A DNA stretch of 64,000 nt from Escherichia coli (GTDB lineage Bacteria; Pseudomonadota; Gammaproteobacteria; Enterobacterales; Enterobacteriaceae), in assembly GCF_030384885.1 (NCBI RefSeq), contig NZ_CP128613.1. The stretch is one strand, 5' to 3'. The position numbers were made by a program, and so were the translations under genes. Below are positions 50,849 through 64,000 of this stretch, piece after piece; within the stretch, counting starts at the first letter, position 1, and each line of letters opens with the position of its first letter. The notes beneath the pieces are model-generated. The model saw nothing but the letters and a program-made list of their open reading frames with translations, had not been told where the DNA came from and did not search any database.

Positions 50849-50996
50849 AGTGATTTGATTCCTTTTCGGGCCCGAGCAGTACGTGGCTCATCTGTAATAT
50901 GCCGATGATAATAGACCTTTCATCACTTTAAAACCTTTTGCTTTCCGGTCTTACGGCGTTTTGCTGTTTACTCTGACCGTGAAGCAGGAAAAAAGT

Positions 50997-52658
50997 TTAC
51001 GCCGCAAGCAGTTCTTTCGCATTCGCCAGTGTGTTACGTGTGACTTCACTGCCACCAAGCAGGCGCGCCAGCTCTTGTAACCGCGCTTTTTTGTCCAGCG
51101 ACTCCATATGCGTTTCTGTCATCGCACCATCGGTTTCTTTGCTGACAAAATAGTGTTGATGACCACATCCCGCGACTTGTGGCAGGTGGGTAACACACAT
51201 CACCTGAGTTGATTCGCCGAGTTGACGCAGCAGTTTGCCGACAACTGCCGCTGTTGGACCGCTAATCCCTACATCCACTTCATCAAAAATCAGTGCCGGG
51301 GTTTCCATTTTACGCGCTGTGATGACCTGAATTGCCAATGCGATGCGGGACAATTCACCACCAGATGCGACTTTGGCAATAGGCTGCATTGGCTGACCTG
51401 GGTTGGTGGTTACCCGAAACTCAATACGATCAGCGCCGTCAGCGCCCAGGTGATGCTCGTCAAATTTAACATCAATCGTAAACTGCCCATGCGGCATAGA
51501 GAGTGCATGCATACTGTCGGTGATCAGCTGTGCCAACTCATTTGCATAATGCTGGCGTTGCTGGTGTAACGCGCGCGCCGTTTCCAGTGCCTGCTGATGA
51601 TGTTTCGTTACCGCCAGCGCGAGCGTTTCTTGTGAGTCGGCCTGATCGTCCAGTTGCTGCTGTTCTTCCAGTAGCGACTGGTAATACTGTGGCAATACCT
51701 CAGGGCTGACGTGATGTTTACGTGCCAGCGAAATCTGTTTTGAGATGCGCTGTTCAAGTTCAAACAGTCGGTTGGGATCAAGATCCAGACGATCGCAGTA
51801 GTGGCGCAGTTCGTCGCTGGCTTCAGCAATCTGGATGGTAGCCTCTTCCAGCATATCAAGTACGCCGGACAGTTTGCTGTCCATGCCAATCAATTCGCTC
51901 ACCAGTTGTTTAGCCGTGTAAAGCTGGCTTTGCAGGTTTGCGTCTTCGCCGTCGGCCATTAATGCCAATGCATTCTGGCTGGTGGTCAGCAATTGACCGC
52001 TGTTCGCCAGACGTTTGTACTCTTCGTCGATTTGCTCAAACTCTCCGGGCTGCGGATTAAATTCGTTCAGTTCTTTTAATTGGTATTGCAGCAGCTCCGC
52101 ACGAGCGGCGCGTTCCTGACTTAACTGTTGATGATGCGCGAGGTCGCGGCAGCTTTGATGCCACAACTGATAACGTGCGGTCATTTCCTGAAGCAGAGAG
52201 GTTTCATTGGCATAGCCATCAAGCAGGAATTTTTGGTGCTCGGGTTTGGTGAGTAATTGATGGGCGTGCTGACCATGGATCTGAATGAGCAACTGGCCCA
52301 GTTCGCGCAGTTGTGACAGTGGAACAGCTGTACCGTTGATAAAACCACGAGAGCGACCATCGCTACTGATTACGCGACGAAGCAGGCATTCACGGCCATC
52401 TTCCAGTTGGTTTTCTTCCAGCCAGCGCAGTGCTGCGGGTGTATCTTTCAGAGAAAAACGGGCGCACAGATCTGCGCGAGCAGCGCCGGTACGCACCATG
52501 TCGGCTTCAGCGCGACCGCCGAGACAAAGGCCCAGGGCATCTATTGCAATAGATTTACCCGCGCCGGTCTCGCCGGTGATTACGGTCATGCCGCTGTGAA
52601 AATCAATCTCAAGCTCACGAACGATAGCAAAGTTGCTGATGGTCAGTTGTGCCAACAT
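50997..52658 (-). CDS. recN: DNA repair protein RecN (SMC-like ATPase)
   Basis: 553 aa; Walker A GETGAGKS, coiled coil, C-terminal signature/Walker B. Confidence 0.95.
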   Translation of the reverse strand: MLAQLTISNFAIVRELEIDFHSGMTVITGETGAGKSIAIDALGLCLGGRAEADMVRTGAARADLCARFSLKDTPAALRWLEENQLEDGRECLLRRVISSDGRSRGFINGTAVPLSQLRELGQLLIQIHGQHAHQLLTKPEHQKFLLDGYANETSLLQEMTARYQLWHQSCRDLAHHQQLSQERAARAELLQYQLKELNEFNPQPGEFEQIDEEYKRLANSGQLLTTSQNALALMADGEDANLQSQLYTAKQLVSELIGMDSKLSGVLDMLEEATIQIAEASDELRHYCDRLDLDPNRLFELEQRISKQISLARKHHVSPEVLPQYYQSLLEEQQQLDDQADSQETLALAVTKHHQQALETARALHQQRQHYANELAQLITDSMHALSMPHGQFTIDVKFDEHHLGADGADRIEFRVTTNPGQPMQPIAKVASGGELSRIALAIQVITARKMETPALIFDEVDVGISGPTAAVVGKLLRQLGESTQVMCVTHLPQVAGCGHQHYFVSKETDGAMTETHMESLDKKARLQELARLLGGSEVTRNTLANAKELLAA

Positions 52659-52743
52659 AGTTGTTTTCCTGTATGAAAAACCATTACTGTTATTGTGTAC
52701 AGTATAAACTGGTTTTATATACAGTAAAGAGGCTGGCGTAAAA

Positions 52744-54336
<1,593 letters not shown>

Positions 54337-54344
54337 ATGTCTGA

Positions 54345-54372
54345 TGGCCGACGTGAAGTCGGCCATTTTTTT
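54345..54372 (+). terminator. grpE rho-independent terminator
   Basis: ggccgacgtgaagtcggcc hairpin followed by TTTTTTT. Confidence 0.6.
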
Positions 54373-55012
54373 AGCTTAAAAAATCCTGTACTTCCAGCCA
54401 CGGCGTGTTGAAATCATCTATTTTTTTATAGTCGTTCATTGGCAGAACGACCACGTTATAGGTGTCAGAACCTTCATTCAGATCAAAAATCTGAAAGCCT
54501 CTCTTATTGAGTTCGGTCTGGATGCGTTCAAAGATCTCGTCAAGGTAGCGGTCTCCGGCTTCACAGACATCGGAGATTTCATCCTCTTGGGTTATTTCGA
54601 CAAGAAGATTCCTTAATTCCTCAGAAGCTGTCAGGTTTTTTGTGAGTTCATAAAAGCGATCTGCAGCAAAATTAGCCAGCTCACCTTCTTCATCTTCACC
54701 TTTCCAGTCAACGAGTTGAATTAATCCTTCACTGCGTAGAACCTGTAAAAATGCCTGCGCCAGGTCATGATTTCCGAGATCGCCTCCACTGCAATCGAGA
54801 ACGTCTTGCAATCCATATTCGTCTTCATCTTCGTCTTCAAAGATTTCAGGTTGCGTCGAAAGTTGAGAGAAAATAGTGGGCCATAAGGTTGGGGTGTGCT
54901 GTAAAAAAACGCTGGCGACGACGTTGAGGTCGTCGGAAAAATCCTTATCCCATTCAATTACATAATCTTCTGACATAACATCAATATCCTTTCCGAATGC
55001 TTGAAAAGACAT
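54371..55012 (-). CDS. Highly acidic 213-aa hypothetical protein inserted between corB and grpE (no K-12 counterpart at this position)
   Basis: ORF with [13 protein letters not shown] tracts; co-oriented downstream of corB. Confidence 0.5.
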
Positions 55013-55096
55013 TATTACATTGCTAAGTAAATGACAGGAATTGATGGAATCCTAAAAGATGGCGATAAAAAAGGCGAACCGGAGTTCGCCATTGTG

Positions 55097-56359
55097 TTAC
55101 TCCGCCACACTCTCGCGCAGCGGTTTCACAGGAAAAACTTTTACCTGCTTAATCATATTGTCCTGTACATCGAGAATATCGATATCGTACTCGCCAATAC
55201 GCACGCGAGTTCCTGCGACAGGAATCTCTTCCAGTGCCTCAAGAATGACGCCATTAACCGTTCGTGCATCATCTTCCGGTAGATGCCAGTTAAAGGCTTT
55301 GTTGATTTCCCGCACGTTGGCAGTGCCATCGATAATCACCGAACCGTCGTTTTGCGGCGTGACCTCTTCGGCGAGCGTTGGCGACATCGACGTGGTGAAA
55401 TCACCAACAATCTCTTCGAGAATATCTTCGACCGTCACCAGACCCTGAATATCTCCATACTCGTTGACGACCAGGCCGACTTTCTTTTTGTTGCGCTGAA
55501 ACTTCACCAGCTGCGTGCTGAGCGGCGTACCTTCCGGGACAAAATAGATTTCGTCCGCGGCGCGTAGCATGGTTTCTTTGGTGAACTCTTTTTTCTCCGA
55601 CATCAACCGCCAGGCTTCACGCACACGCAGCATACTGATGGCGTCGTCCAGCGAGTCACGGTAGAGCACGATGCGTCCGTGAGGTGAGTGGGAGAGTTGG
55701 CGGAGAATCGATTTCCAGTCATCGTTGATATCAATACCGATAATTTCACTGCGCGGCACCATGATGTCATCGACAGTCATTTTTTCCAGATCGAGTACCG
55801 ACAACAGCATATCCTGATTGCGACGGGAAATTTGTGACCTCGATTCGTGCACAATGGTGCGTAATTCTTCTTTGCTTAAAGAGCCACTGACCACAATATC
55901 GGTTTTGATGCCCATCATGCGCATTAACATGCGGGTAATAGCGTTCAGCAACCAGACCAGCGGCATCATCAAAATTTGCAGCGGCGCCAGCAGAAAACTA
56001 CTTGGATAGGCGACTTTTTCCGGGTACAGCGCGGCAATGGTTTTCGGCAATACTTCAGCAAAAACCAGTACGACAAAAGTAAGCACACCAGTCGCAATTG
56101 CCACGCCCGCATCCCCGTACAAACGCATCCCCACAATAGTGCCGAGCGCGGAGGCAAGAATATTGACCAGGTTATTGCCGATTAACACCAGGCTTATCAG
56201 GCGGTCTGGCTTACGCAGCAATTTTTCGACACGTTTGGCCGAGCGATTACCCTGTTTCGCCATATGCCGCAGACGATAGCGGTTGAGGGTCATCATTCCG
56301 GTTTCGGACCCGGAAAAATAGGCTGAAATGACCACCATGATGATCAGAATAATGATCAA
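55097..56359 (-). CDS. corB: CNNM-family Mg2+/Co2+ efflux protein (DUF21 + tandem CBS + CorC_HlyC)
   Basis: 420 aa MIIILIIMVVISAYFSGSETGMM... Confidence 0.85.
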   Translation of the reverse strand: MIIILIIMVVISAYFSGSETGMMTLNRYRLRHMAKQGNRSAKRVEKLLRKPDRLISLVLIGNNLVNILASALGTIVGMRLYGDAGVAIATGVLTFVVLVFAEVLPKTIAALYPEKVAYPSSFLLAPLQILMMPLVWLLNAITRMLMRMMGIKTDIVVSGSLSKEELRTIVHESRSQISRRNQDMLLSVLDLEKMTVDDIMVPRSEIIGIDINDDWKSILRQLSHSPHGRIVLYRDSLDDAISMLRVREAWRLMSEKKEFTKETMLRAADEIYFVPEGTPLSTQLVKFQRNKKKVGLVVNEYGDIQGLVTVEDILEEIVGDFTTSMSPTLAEEVTPQNDGSVIIDGTANVREINKAFNWHLPEDDARTVNGVILEALEEIPVAGTRVRIGEYDIDILDVQDNMIKQVKVFPVKPLRESVAE

Positions 56360-56403
56360 CGTGGTAGTAGATATGTGTTCCAGGGGAAACTCCTTTTCTG
56401 GGG

Positions 56404-57195
56404 TTAGCTGATTAACTGCTGGACAATTCGGCTACCGAAGTAGGCCAGTGTCAGAATGACCGCACCCGCAACGTTAAACCAGACGACGCGGCGTCCACGC
56501 CATCCTTCATGATAATGTCCCCACAGCAGCACAATATAGACAAACCACGCCACGATAGAGAGCACGGCCTTGTCGATATTTTCCATGCTAAATAAGTTGT
56601 GCATGTAGAAGAGACCAGTGCAAAGAGTGAGCGTTAACAGCACCACGCCAATCTGCGTGATGTGGAACATTTTACGCTCGATACTCATCAACGGCGGCAT
56701 TTCCTGGTTAAACGCCAGCTTCTTGTTCTTCAGTTGGTAATCAATCCACGCCAGTTGTAATGCATACAGAGCGGCGATAATCAGCGTGGCATAGGAAAAG
56801 AGCGATAAGCCAATGTGAACCAGCATCCCAGGCGTTGCTTCCAGATGGGTGATGTATTCATTGGGCATAAAGGTGGCCAGCGCCAGGTTGATAAGCGCAA
56901 AGGCATAGACAATGGGTAGCAGCAACCAGCCACGATTGCGAGAAGCCACGATGGTCATTACCGTACAGATCATCAAACTGACCAGCGAACCAACGTTCAG
57001 CAGGCTGAGGTTTTGTCCGCTATCACCGTCGGGCAAGATACGGGCTTCCAGAGCGATTGCGTGGCAGACCAGCGCGATGACCGCAGAAATAATAGCCATG
57101 CGCCGCCAGCCGCCGTTTTTTTGCAGCAGACCGGGAACAATCAGCGCAAGACTGACGGAGTAGGCGACAAGCGCGAGCAGAGCAAAAACGGGCAT
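56404..57195 (-). CDS. ypjD: Inner membrane cytochrome-c-assembly-family protein
   Basis: ORF 56404..57270; K-12-length start at MPVFALLALVAYSV (263 aa). Confidence 0.75.
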   Translation of the reverse strand: MPVFALLALVAYSVSLALIVPGLLQKNGGWRRMAIISAVIALVCHAIALEARILPDGDSGQNLSLLNVGSLVSLMICTVMTIVASRNRGWLLLPIVYAFALINLALATFMPNEYITHLEATPGMLVHIGLSLFSYATLIIAALYALQLAWIDYQLKNKKLAFNQEMPPLMSIERKMFHITQIGVVLLTLTLCTGLFYMHNLFSMENIDKAVLSIVAWFVYIVLLWGHYHEGWRGRRVVWFNVAGAVILTLAYFGSRIVQQLIS

Positions 57196-57361
57196 AGTAA
57201 TGTCGACAGTTTGAGCAATAAGAAAGAGAAGCAGTATAGCGTCAGGTGAACGCTGCTCCAACCGTTGCATAACAACAAAGACGCCTTCATGTTATACTGC
57301 GGCAAAATACTGATGATGTGTCGCGATTGCGGCCAACCGTTTCCACCCCAGGCGAGAGACA

Positions 57362-58723
57362 ATGTTTGATAATTTAACCGATCGTTTGTCGCGCACGCTG
57401 CGCAATATCAGTGGCCGTGGACGCCTCACTGAAGACAACGTAAAAGATACGCTGCGCGAAGTGCGCATGGCGCTGCTGGAGGCGGACGTCGCCCTGCCGG
57501 TAGTGCGTGAGTTTATCAATCGCGTAAAAGAGAAAGCGGTTGGTCATGAAGTTAATAAGAGCCTGACGCCGGGGCAGGAGTTCGTCAAAATCGTCCGTAA
57601 CGAACTGGTTGCGGCGATGGGCGAAGAGAACCAGACCCTGAATCTGGCTGCGCAACCGCCAGCGGTGGTACTGATGGCGGGCCTGCAAGGTGCCGGTAAA
57701 ACAACCAGCGTGGGCAAGCTCGGTAAGTTCCTGCGTGAGAAGCACAAGAAAAAAGTGCTGGTGGTTTCTGCCGACGTTTATCGTCCGGCGGCAATCAAAC
57801 AGCTGGAGACGCTGGCAGAGCAGGTGGGTGTCGACTTCTTCCCTTCAGATGTTGGTCAGAAGCCGGTTGATATCGTTAACGCGGCGCTGAAAGAAGCCAA
57901 ACTGAAATTCTACGACGTGTTGCTGGTGGATACCGCCGGTCGTTTGCACGTTGACGAAGCGATGATGGACGAGATCAAACAGGTCCATGCATCGATTAAT
58001 CCGGTTGAAACCCTGTTTGTGGTTGATGCCATGACTGGTCAGGATGCGGCCAATACGGCAAAAGCATTCAATGAAGCGTTACCGCTGACCGGTGTGGTAC
58101 TGACTAAAGTCGACGGCGATGCTCGTGGCGGTGCGGCGCTCTCGATTCGTCACATCACTGGCAAACCGATCAAATTCCTCGGCGTTGGCGAGAAAACCGA
58201 GGCGCTGGAGCCGTTCCATCCGGACCGTATCGCTTCCCGTATTCTCGGCATGGGCGACGTACTGTCGCTGATCGAAGATATCGAAAGCAAAGTTGACCGC
58301 GCGCAGGCAGAGAAATTAGCCAGCAAGCTGAAAAAAGGCGACGGCTTCGATCTCAACGACTTCCTTGAGCAACTGCGCCAGATGAAAAATATGGGCGGCA
58401 TGGCTAGCCTGATGGGCAAACTGCCGGGTATGGGGCAGATCCCGGATAACGTCAAGTCGCAGATGGACGATAAAGTGCTGGTGCGTATGGAAGCCATCAT
58501 CAACTCGATGACGATGAAAGAGCGCGCTAAGCCAGAAATCATCAAAGGTTCGCGTAAACGCCGTATCGCTGCCGGTTGCGGTATGCAGGTGCAGGACGTT
58601 AACCGTCTTCTGAAACAGTTCGACGACATGCAGCGCATGATGAAGAAAATGAAGAAGGGCGGAATGGCGAAGATGATGAGAAGCATGAAAGGGATGATGC
58701 CGCCGGGATTTCCTGGTCGCTAA
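57362..58723 (+). CDS. ffh: Signal recognition particle protein Ffh
   Basis: 453 aa; GTPase motifs GLQGAGKTT, DTAGR, TKVDG; Met-rich C-terminal M domain. Confidence 0.95.
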   Translation: MFDNLTDRLSRTLRNISGRGRLTEDNVKDTLREVRMALLEADVALPVVREFINRVKEKAVGHEVNKSLTPGQEFVKIVRNELVAAMGEENQTLNLAAQPPAVVLMAGLQGAGKTTSVGKLGKFLREKHKKKVLVVSADVYRPAAIKQLETLAEQVGVDFFPSDVGQKPVDIVNAALKEAKLKFYDVLLVDTAGRLHVDEAMMDEIKQVHASINPVETLFVVDAMTGQDAANTAKAFNEALPLTGVVLTKVDGDARGGAALSIRHITGKPIKFLGVGEKTEALEPFHPDRIASRILGMGDVLSLIEDIESKVDRAQAEKLASKLKKGDGFDLNDFLEQLRQMKNMGGMASLMGKLPGMGQIPDNVKSQMDDKVLVRMEAIINSMTMKERAKPEIIKGSRKRRIAAGCGMQVQDVNRLLKQFDDMQRMMKKMKKGGMAKMMRSMKGMMPPGFPGR

Positions 58724-58781
58724 ATGACCTTATGCGACAGAGTTATTAACTGCTGATTGCATTTTCTCCAGAAATCAGTAA

Positions 58782-59108
<327 letters not shown>

Positions 59109-59126
59109 TCTGTCACGGTGGTCATG

Positions 59127-59675
59127 ATGAGCAAACAACTCACCGCGCAAGCACCTGTTGATCCCATCGTTTTGGGAAAAATGGGTTCGTCTTACGGTAT
59201 TCGTGGGTGGCTCAGAGTGTTTTCTTCCACCGAAGACGCCGAAAGCATTTTTGACTATCAGCCCTGGTTTATCCAGAAGGCGGGTCAGTGGCAGCAAGTC
59301 CAGCTGGAAAGCTGGAAGCACCACAATCAGGACATGATCATCAAGCTGAAAGGCGTTGACGATCGTGATGCGGCGAACCTGCTGACGAATTGTGAAATTG
59401 TCGTGGATTCATCGCAGTTGCCTCAGCTTGAAGAGGGTGACTACTACTGGAAAGACCTGATGGGCTGCCAGGTAGTAACCACTGAAGGCTACGATCTCGG
59501 TAAAGTCGTCGATATGATGGAAACCGGATCTAATGACGTTCTCGTCATTAAGGCAAACCTGAAAGATGCGTTTGGTATCAAGGAACGTCTCGTACCGTTC
59601 CTCGATGGGCAGGTTATCAAGAAAGTCGATCTCACTACTCGTTCAATCGAAGTAGATTGGGATCCTGGTTTTTAA
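59127..59675 (+). CDS. rimM: Ribosome maturation factor RimM
   Basis: [28 protein letters not shown]... (182 aa). Confidence 0.9.
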
Positions 59676-59705
59676 ACCACCGGATAAACGGTAAAAGACG
59701 GCGCT

Positions 59706-60473
59706 ATGTGGATTGGCATAATTAGCCTGTTTCCTGAAATGTTCCGCGCAATTACCGATTACGGGGTAACTGGCCGGGCAGTTAAAAATGGCCTGCTGAG
59801 CATCCAGAGCTGGAGTCCTCGTGACTTCACGCATGACCGGCACCGTACCGTGGACGATCGTCCTTACGGCGGCGGACCGGGGATGTTAATGATGGTGCAA
59901 CCTTTACGGGACGCCATTCATGCAGCAAAAGCCGCGGCGGGTGAAGGCGCAAAGGTGATTTATCTGTCACCGCAGGGGCGCAAGCTTGATCAAGCAGGCG
60001 TCAGCGAACTGGCAACGAATCAAAAATTGATTCTGGTGTGCGGTCGCTACGAAGGTATAGATGAGCGCGTGATCCAAACCGAAATTGACGAAGAATGGTC
60101 AATCGGCGATTACGTTCTCAGTGGTGGTGAGTTACCAGCAATGACGCTGATTGACTCCGTTTCCCGGTTTATTCCGGGAGTACTGGGACATGAAGCTTCG
60201 GCAACGGAAGATTCCTTTGCTGAAGGATTGCTGGATTGCCCGCACTATACGCGGCCTGAGGTGTTAGAAGGGATGGAAGTTCCGTCAGTGTTACTGTCGG
60301 GCAACCATGCTGAGATACGTCGCTGGCGTTTGAAACAGTCGCTGGGCCGTACCTGGCTTAGAAGACCTGAACTTCTGGAAAACCTGGCTCTGACTGAAGA
60401 GCAAGCAAGGTTGCTGGCGGAGTTCAAAACGGAACACGCACAACAGCAACATAAACATGATGGGATGGCGTAA
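59706..60473 (+). CDS. trmD: tRNA (guanine37-N1)-methyltransferase
   Basis: 255 aa [25 protein letters not shown]... Confidence 0.95.
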   Translation: MWIGIISLFPEMFRAITDYGVTGRAVKNGLLSIQSWSPRDFTHDRHRTVDDRPYGGGPGMLMMVQPLRDAIHAAKAAAGEGAKVIYLSPQGRKLDQAGVSELATNQKLILVCGRYEGIDERVIQTEIDEEWSIGDYVLSGGELPAMTLIDSVSRFIPGVLGHEASATEDSFAEGLLDCPHYTRPEVLEGMEVPSVLLSGNHAEIRRWRLKQSLGRTWLRRPELLENLALTEEQARLLAEFKTEHAQQQHKHDGMA

Positions 60474-60511
60474 GCCCCCGAGATATCAGTTTACCCAGGA
60501 TAAGAGATTAA

Positions 60512-60862
<351 letters not shown>

Positions 60863-60891
60863 GATTTCGCTTAAGCGACATCCTGTTAAGA

Positions 60892-60927
60892 AGGGCTGGC
60901 CAATTGGCTGGCCCTTTTTTTATCTGT
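60892..60927. terminator. Rho-independent terminator after rplS (shared convergent with yfiB)
   Basis: gggctggccaattggctggccc hairpin + TTTTTTT. Confidence 0.7.
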
Positions 60928-60938
60928 TTGATCGTGTT

Positions 60939-61421
60939 TTAAGGTGTAGTAATCACCACTGCGACGCGGCGGTTCTCGGCTCTGCCCTGAGCGGTCTTGT
61001 TACTGGCGATGGGATATTTTTTTCCTAAACCCTGTGTGGTGAGGTTGCTGCGCGGAATTTGTCCACCTATAGCCCATGCATCGGCCACAACATTCGCCCG
61101 TTTCAATGATAAGGCTTCGTTGTAACTGTCTTCACCATAGTTGTCGGTGTGTCCATCCATACGGGCATGCGTTAGCCCTGTCGAGGCCAATTTGGCTGCC
61201 ATGGTTTGGATCTGTTGCTGGCTTTCCGGGAGCAATTTGTAGTCATTTTTTGCGAACAGAATGGCATCTGATAATCCCAGCGACCAGTCGCCGGCGGATT
61301 CAGTAAATCCATAAGATTGCATAGCGGCAACTTGCTCAGGAGTAAACTTTCCCTGAGGGGACTGGCAGCCAGTCAGTACTAGCGAGGTGAAAATCAGGGG
61401 TGCTACCAAGTGCTTTATCAT
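60939..61421 (-). CDS. yfiB: OmpA-family lipoprotein YfiB
   Basis: 160 aa, lipobox LTGC, OmpA-like C-domain. Confidence 0.85.
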   Translation of the reverse strand: MIKHLVAPLIFTSLVLTGCQSPQGKFTPEQVAAMQSYGFTESAGDWSLGLSDAILFAKNDYKLLPESQQQIQTMAAKLASTGLTHARMDGHTDNYGEDSYNEALSLKRANVVADAWAIGGQIPRSNLTTQGLGKKYPIASNKTAQGRAENRRVAVVITTP

Positions 61422-61436
61422 ATCGATATATCCTTG

Positions 61437-62663
61437 TTATCTCACCAGCTTTTCGGCACGCTGGTGTTTGGCCTGATACATATTGTGATCGGCCAGCTCT
61501 TGTAATTTTTCCGCAGAGGCATGCTCAATGGTCATCGCGTAACCAATGCTTAATGTCATGGTGGTCTGATGACCATTATGAAGATCAAACGGGCGATTAA
61601 AGATTTGTGTCAGTGCTGAGCAAATCCGATGTACTTCGGATTCCGACTGTACACCAAAGAGGACCATCGCAAATTCATCGCCGCCTATGCGGTATGCTTT
61701 ATGTTGCAGCCCGCCAAATTCAGCTAACCGTTTTGCTACCTCAATCAAGACACGATCGCCCGTCGCATGACCCCAGGTATCATTGATATATTTGAAATTA
61801 TCGCCATCAAGAAATAGTAACGCCGACGTTTTTCGGGCGTCGGAACTGCTCATCAACGTGTTGATGCCGCTACGAAACGCAGCCCGGTTCGCCAGCCCGG
61901 TTAATGGGTCATGTAGCGCGGTACGTAGAAGCTGCGCATTTTTGGCCTGTAAACGAAGCTGCCACTCTTCCATTTCATCCAGCAGACTGTTGAAGTCGAG
62001 AGCGAAGCGGTGAAACTCAGCGATACGTTCTTCCGAAACTCGTCGGGAAAAATTGCGGTTGGAACGCACATCATGTACGACATCGGTGATATTTTTCAGC
62101 GCTTCCACCAGGCCATTGTGCAAATGGCGGGTGAGGGTAATTGCGATGCCTGATGCCAGCAGAATACAACCGGTCAGGACAGCGAGCGAAAACCAGATAA
62201 AATGGCTGATTGAACTGTCGCGAGCGGTTAAGCGTACTTCGCCAATGGTTTCACCATTGTGACGAATCGGCTGAGTGATGGGGGCAGGGAAGAGCCAGTG
62301 GCTTATGAAATTGCTGAAAGTATCGCCTGGATCCTTACGGGTGTAATGCCAGGATGCCAGAATATTTTGCTGCTTATCACGCACTTCTGCAGTTGAAAAT
62401 TGCCCTTGCTTCCCCAGCGCTGCCAGTGTTTGAGTTGCTGCAGGGCCATCGGCAAAAACGACCGCTGCTTCCAGACTGTAAGTCATTGTTGCTGCTGTCA
62501 GTGCCAGGTTTTTTTGCGCGTACTGTTTCAGGGTCAGCACCGAGGTCACGGAAAGCAGCAACCAGATCAGCATCATAGTGATAAATATGCTGGTCATACT
62601 GATGTTGCGTAATGCTCTTTTAAACGTGGGGCGCTTATTAAGAGAATTATCGTTATCCATCAT
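61437..62663 (-). CDS. dgcN: Diguanylate cyclase DgcN (YfiN), HAMP-GGDEF
   Basis: 408 aa with RIGGDEF ([12 protein letters not shown]). Confidence 0.85.
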   Translation of the reverse strand: MMDNDNSLNKRPTFKRALRNISMTSIFITMMLIWLLLSVTSVLTLKQYAQKNLALTAATMTYSLEAAVVFADGPAATQTLAALGKQGQFSTAEVRDKQQNILASWHYTRKDPGDTFSNFISHWLFPAPITQPIRHNGETIGEVRLTARDSSISHFIWFSLAVLTGCILLASGIAITLTRHLHNGLVEALKNITDVVHDVRSNRNFSRRVSEERIAEFHRFALDFNSLLDEMEEWQLRLQAKNAQLLRTALHDPLTGLANRAAFRSGINTLMSSSDARKTSALLFLDGDNFKYINDTWGHATGDRVLIEVAKRLAEFGGLQHKAYRIGGDEFAMVLFGVQSESEVHRICSALTQIFNRPFDLHNGHQTTMTLSIGYAMTIEHASAEKLQELADHNMYQAKHQRAEKLVR

Positions 62664-63171
62664 TTTTCTTCCGTGCGAGCATTAAGACATCTGGGTTCAC
62701 CTTTACACCGCTACGCGATAAGGCATCCAGGTTTACGGCAAATCTGACGTCATTATTGTGGATGATCAGACAAAAGGCGCTGCCAATAATGCACTCGGCA
62801 TTTTGTTCGGCAATTAATAATAACGCCTTTGACGGATATTGTTCGGTTAATTCCATCTGGAATGTTGGTGACTCGTTGCCAAAATAAAAACCATTGCAGC
62901 CTGATATCATCGCCTCTTGTTGAGAGTGAATGATGACAGGCAGATAAGGCAAAGATGTCGCGCCATTCTCTTGTAGGGCGGTACTAAAACGTGAAGATGA
63001 AAAGATACATAACTTTGGTAGGCCTGATAGCGCAGGCCAGCGAGTGTAACTGACAATACCGGAAACCATCGTACGCACGTTTTTCGCAACGTCTGAAGGT
63101 TCCTGAGCGAGTATTGGTGCTCCCGTCAGGAGGAGAATCAGCAGTAAGAACAGACGATGAGAAAAACGCAT
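62653..63171 (-). CDS. yfiR: Periplasmic repressor of DgcN, YfiR
   Basis: 172-aa secreted protein overlapping dgcN start. Confidence 0.85.
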   Translation of the reverse strand: MRFSHRLFLLLILLLTGAPILAQEPSDVAKNVRTMVSGIVSYTRWPALSGLPKLCIFSSSRFSTALQENGATSLPYLPVIIHSQQEAMISGCNGFYFGNESPTFQMELTEQYPSKALLLIAEQNAECIIGSAFCLIIHNNDVRFAVNLDALSRSGVKVNPDVLMLARKKNDG

Positions 63172-63320
63172 TCAGGGATCCTCACCATCTTCGCTTGCAA
63201 TGCATCGATAATTTTTCAGAATGCTCATTAAAATATCATTCTTTCATGCGGTCGTCATCAATGTGAGAAATAAAACACAATGAGTAGAATCTCATGTTTA
63301 ATTTATTTGTGGGGGGGTAA

Positions 63321-63686
63321 TTAATTTAATCGTATTGTGCTGGCATTTTCATCAGCCCCTTTTTGCCATACTTCATGCAGTTGGCTGGCATTTTCAACAT
63401 TGTTGCAGCTGGCAGGAAAGCTTTTACCGGAAAGTCCTCGGGCATAAGTAAAATCGGTCTGGCAAGTTTTCTTTTGTCCTTCGGCATATCCTTTAAGGTA
63501 TAGACCGCGATCCGCCTGTGAATCGCTAAATGCATCGTCATCTTTTATGGCGTTGCCCGATATCGCATCTTCCATACCAACATCATACCAGTCGGTGCTG
63601 GTCAAGGTTGGCGCGTGAGTATAAGGATCAATCTGACATCCGCTAACCAGTAAAGCCAACAAGGGGGCGATAAACTTTTTCATCAT
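63321..63686 (-). CDS. yfiL: Lipoprotein YfiL
   Basis: ORF 63321..63725; likely start MMKKFIAPLLALLVSGCQ (lipobox). Confidence 0.7.
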   Translation of the reverse strand: MMKKFIAPLLALLVSGCQIDPYTHAPTLTSTDWYDVGMEDAISGNAIKDDDAFSDSQADRGLYLKGYAEGQKKTCQTDFTYARGLSGKSFPASCNNVENASQLHEVWQKGADENASTIRLN

Positions 63687-63731
63687 TTCTTTCTCCTTTT
63701 TCAAAGCATAGCGGATTGTTTTCAAAGGAGG

Positions 63732-63801
63732 TGTAAATTTATTTATACATAAACAAGGGTTAAAAGCGCGAATAAATTGCCTGTGTAAAGAAAAATGTAC
63801 G
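63732..63801 (+). promoter_or_regulatory. TyrR boxes upstream of aroF
   Basis: TGTAAAtttattTATACA (63732-49) and TGTAAAgaaaaaTGTACG (63784-801) match TGTAAA-N6-TTTACA. Confidence 0.5.
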
Positions 63802-63895
63802 AAATATGGATTGAAAACTTTACTTTATGTGTTATCGTTACGTCATCCTCGCTGAGGATCAACTATCGCAAACGAGCATAAACAGGATCGCCATC

Positions 63896-64000
63896 ATGCA
63901 AAAAGACGCGCTGAATAACGTACATATTACCGACGAACAAGTTTTAATGACTCCGGAACAACTGAAGGCCGCTTTTCCATTAAGCCTGCAACAGGAAGCC
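63896..64000 (+). CDS. aroF: DAHP synthase (Tyr-sensitive) AroF, N-terminal 35 codons (continues beyond window)
   Basis: MQKDALNNVHITDEQVLMTPEQLKAAFPLSLQQEA. Confidence 0.85.
   Translation, partial: MQKDALNNVHITDEQVLMTPEQLKAAFPLSLQQEA

Overview
This window looks like an Escherichia coli-type chromosome segment, syntenic with (and inverted relative to) the K-12 ygaZ-proU-nrdHIEF-gab-csiD ... ssrA-smpB-recN-grpE-ffh-rpsP-operon-yfiB/N/R-aroF region. About half is conserved core: proVWX, nrdHIEF, stpA, gabDTP-csiR, lhgO-csiD, smpB, ratAB, bamE, recN, nadK, grpE, corB, ffh, rpsP-rimM-trmD-rplS, yfiBNR, and the aroF start. The middle (about 23.4-48.5 kb) is accessory. It holds an intact AT-rich GH13-like ygaQ (pseudogene in K-12), then tRNA-Ile(CAU) ileY. 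Next comes a degraded island with an AT-rich 478-aa putative effector-like protein, a pinH-like serine recombinase pseudogene and a 1.5-kb-protein AIDA/YpjA-type autotransporter. Then a 14.4-kb P2/186-like prophage remnant sits in the 3' end of ssrA (tmRNA), at the position occupied by CP4-57 in K-12. That remnant retains int, a CI-type repressor, apl, cII, a TraR-like zinc finger, dam, and a gpA-like rolling-circle replication initiation gene, but lacks virion genes except fragments next to ssrA. Its variable 'tin/old'-equivalent hotspot carries a DinI-like gene, an unknown lipoprotein and a 778-aa AT-rich ABC-ATPase. That ATPase has a coiled-coil insert with a CxxC hook and a C-terminal PrrC/RloC-like nuclease motif, so it is the most likely candidate for an undescribed RloC-like anticodon-nuclease defence gene. 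At the att/int junction the remnant also carries a membrane-anchored, apparently catalytically altered Dcd-like protein plus ThyX. Three copies of the ssrA 3' end/terminator record successive integrations. Smaller strain-specific items are a MocR/AhpD-like pair next to nrdH, an acidic 213-aa ORF between grpE and corB, an intact ygaY, a G8 homopolymer inside the 478-aa ORF, and a Pro-Asp/Pro-Lys repeat linker in the autotransporter. All functional assignments are from reading the translated ORFs and recalled motifs; no database search was possible.
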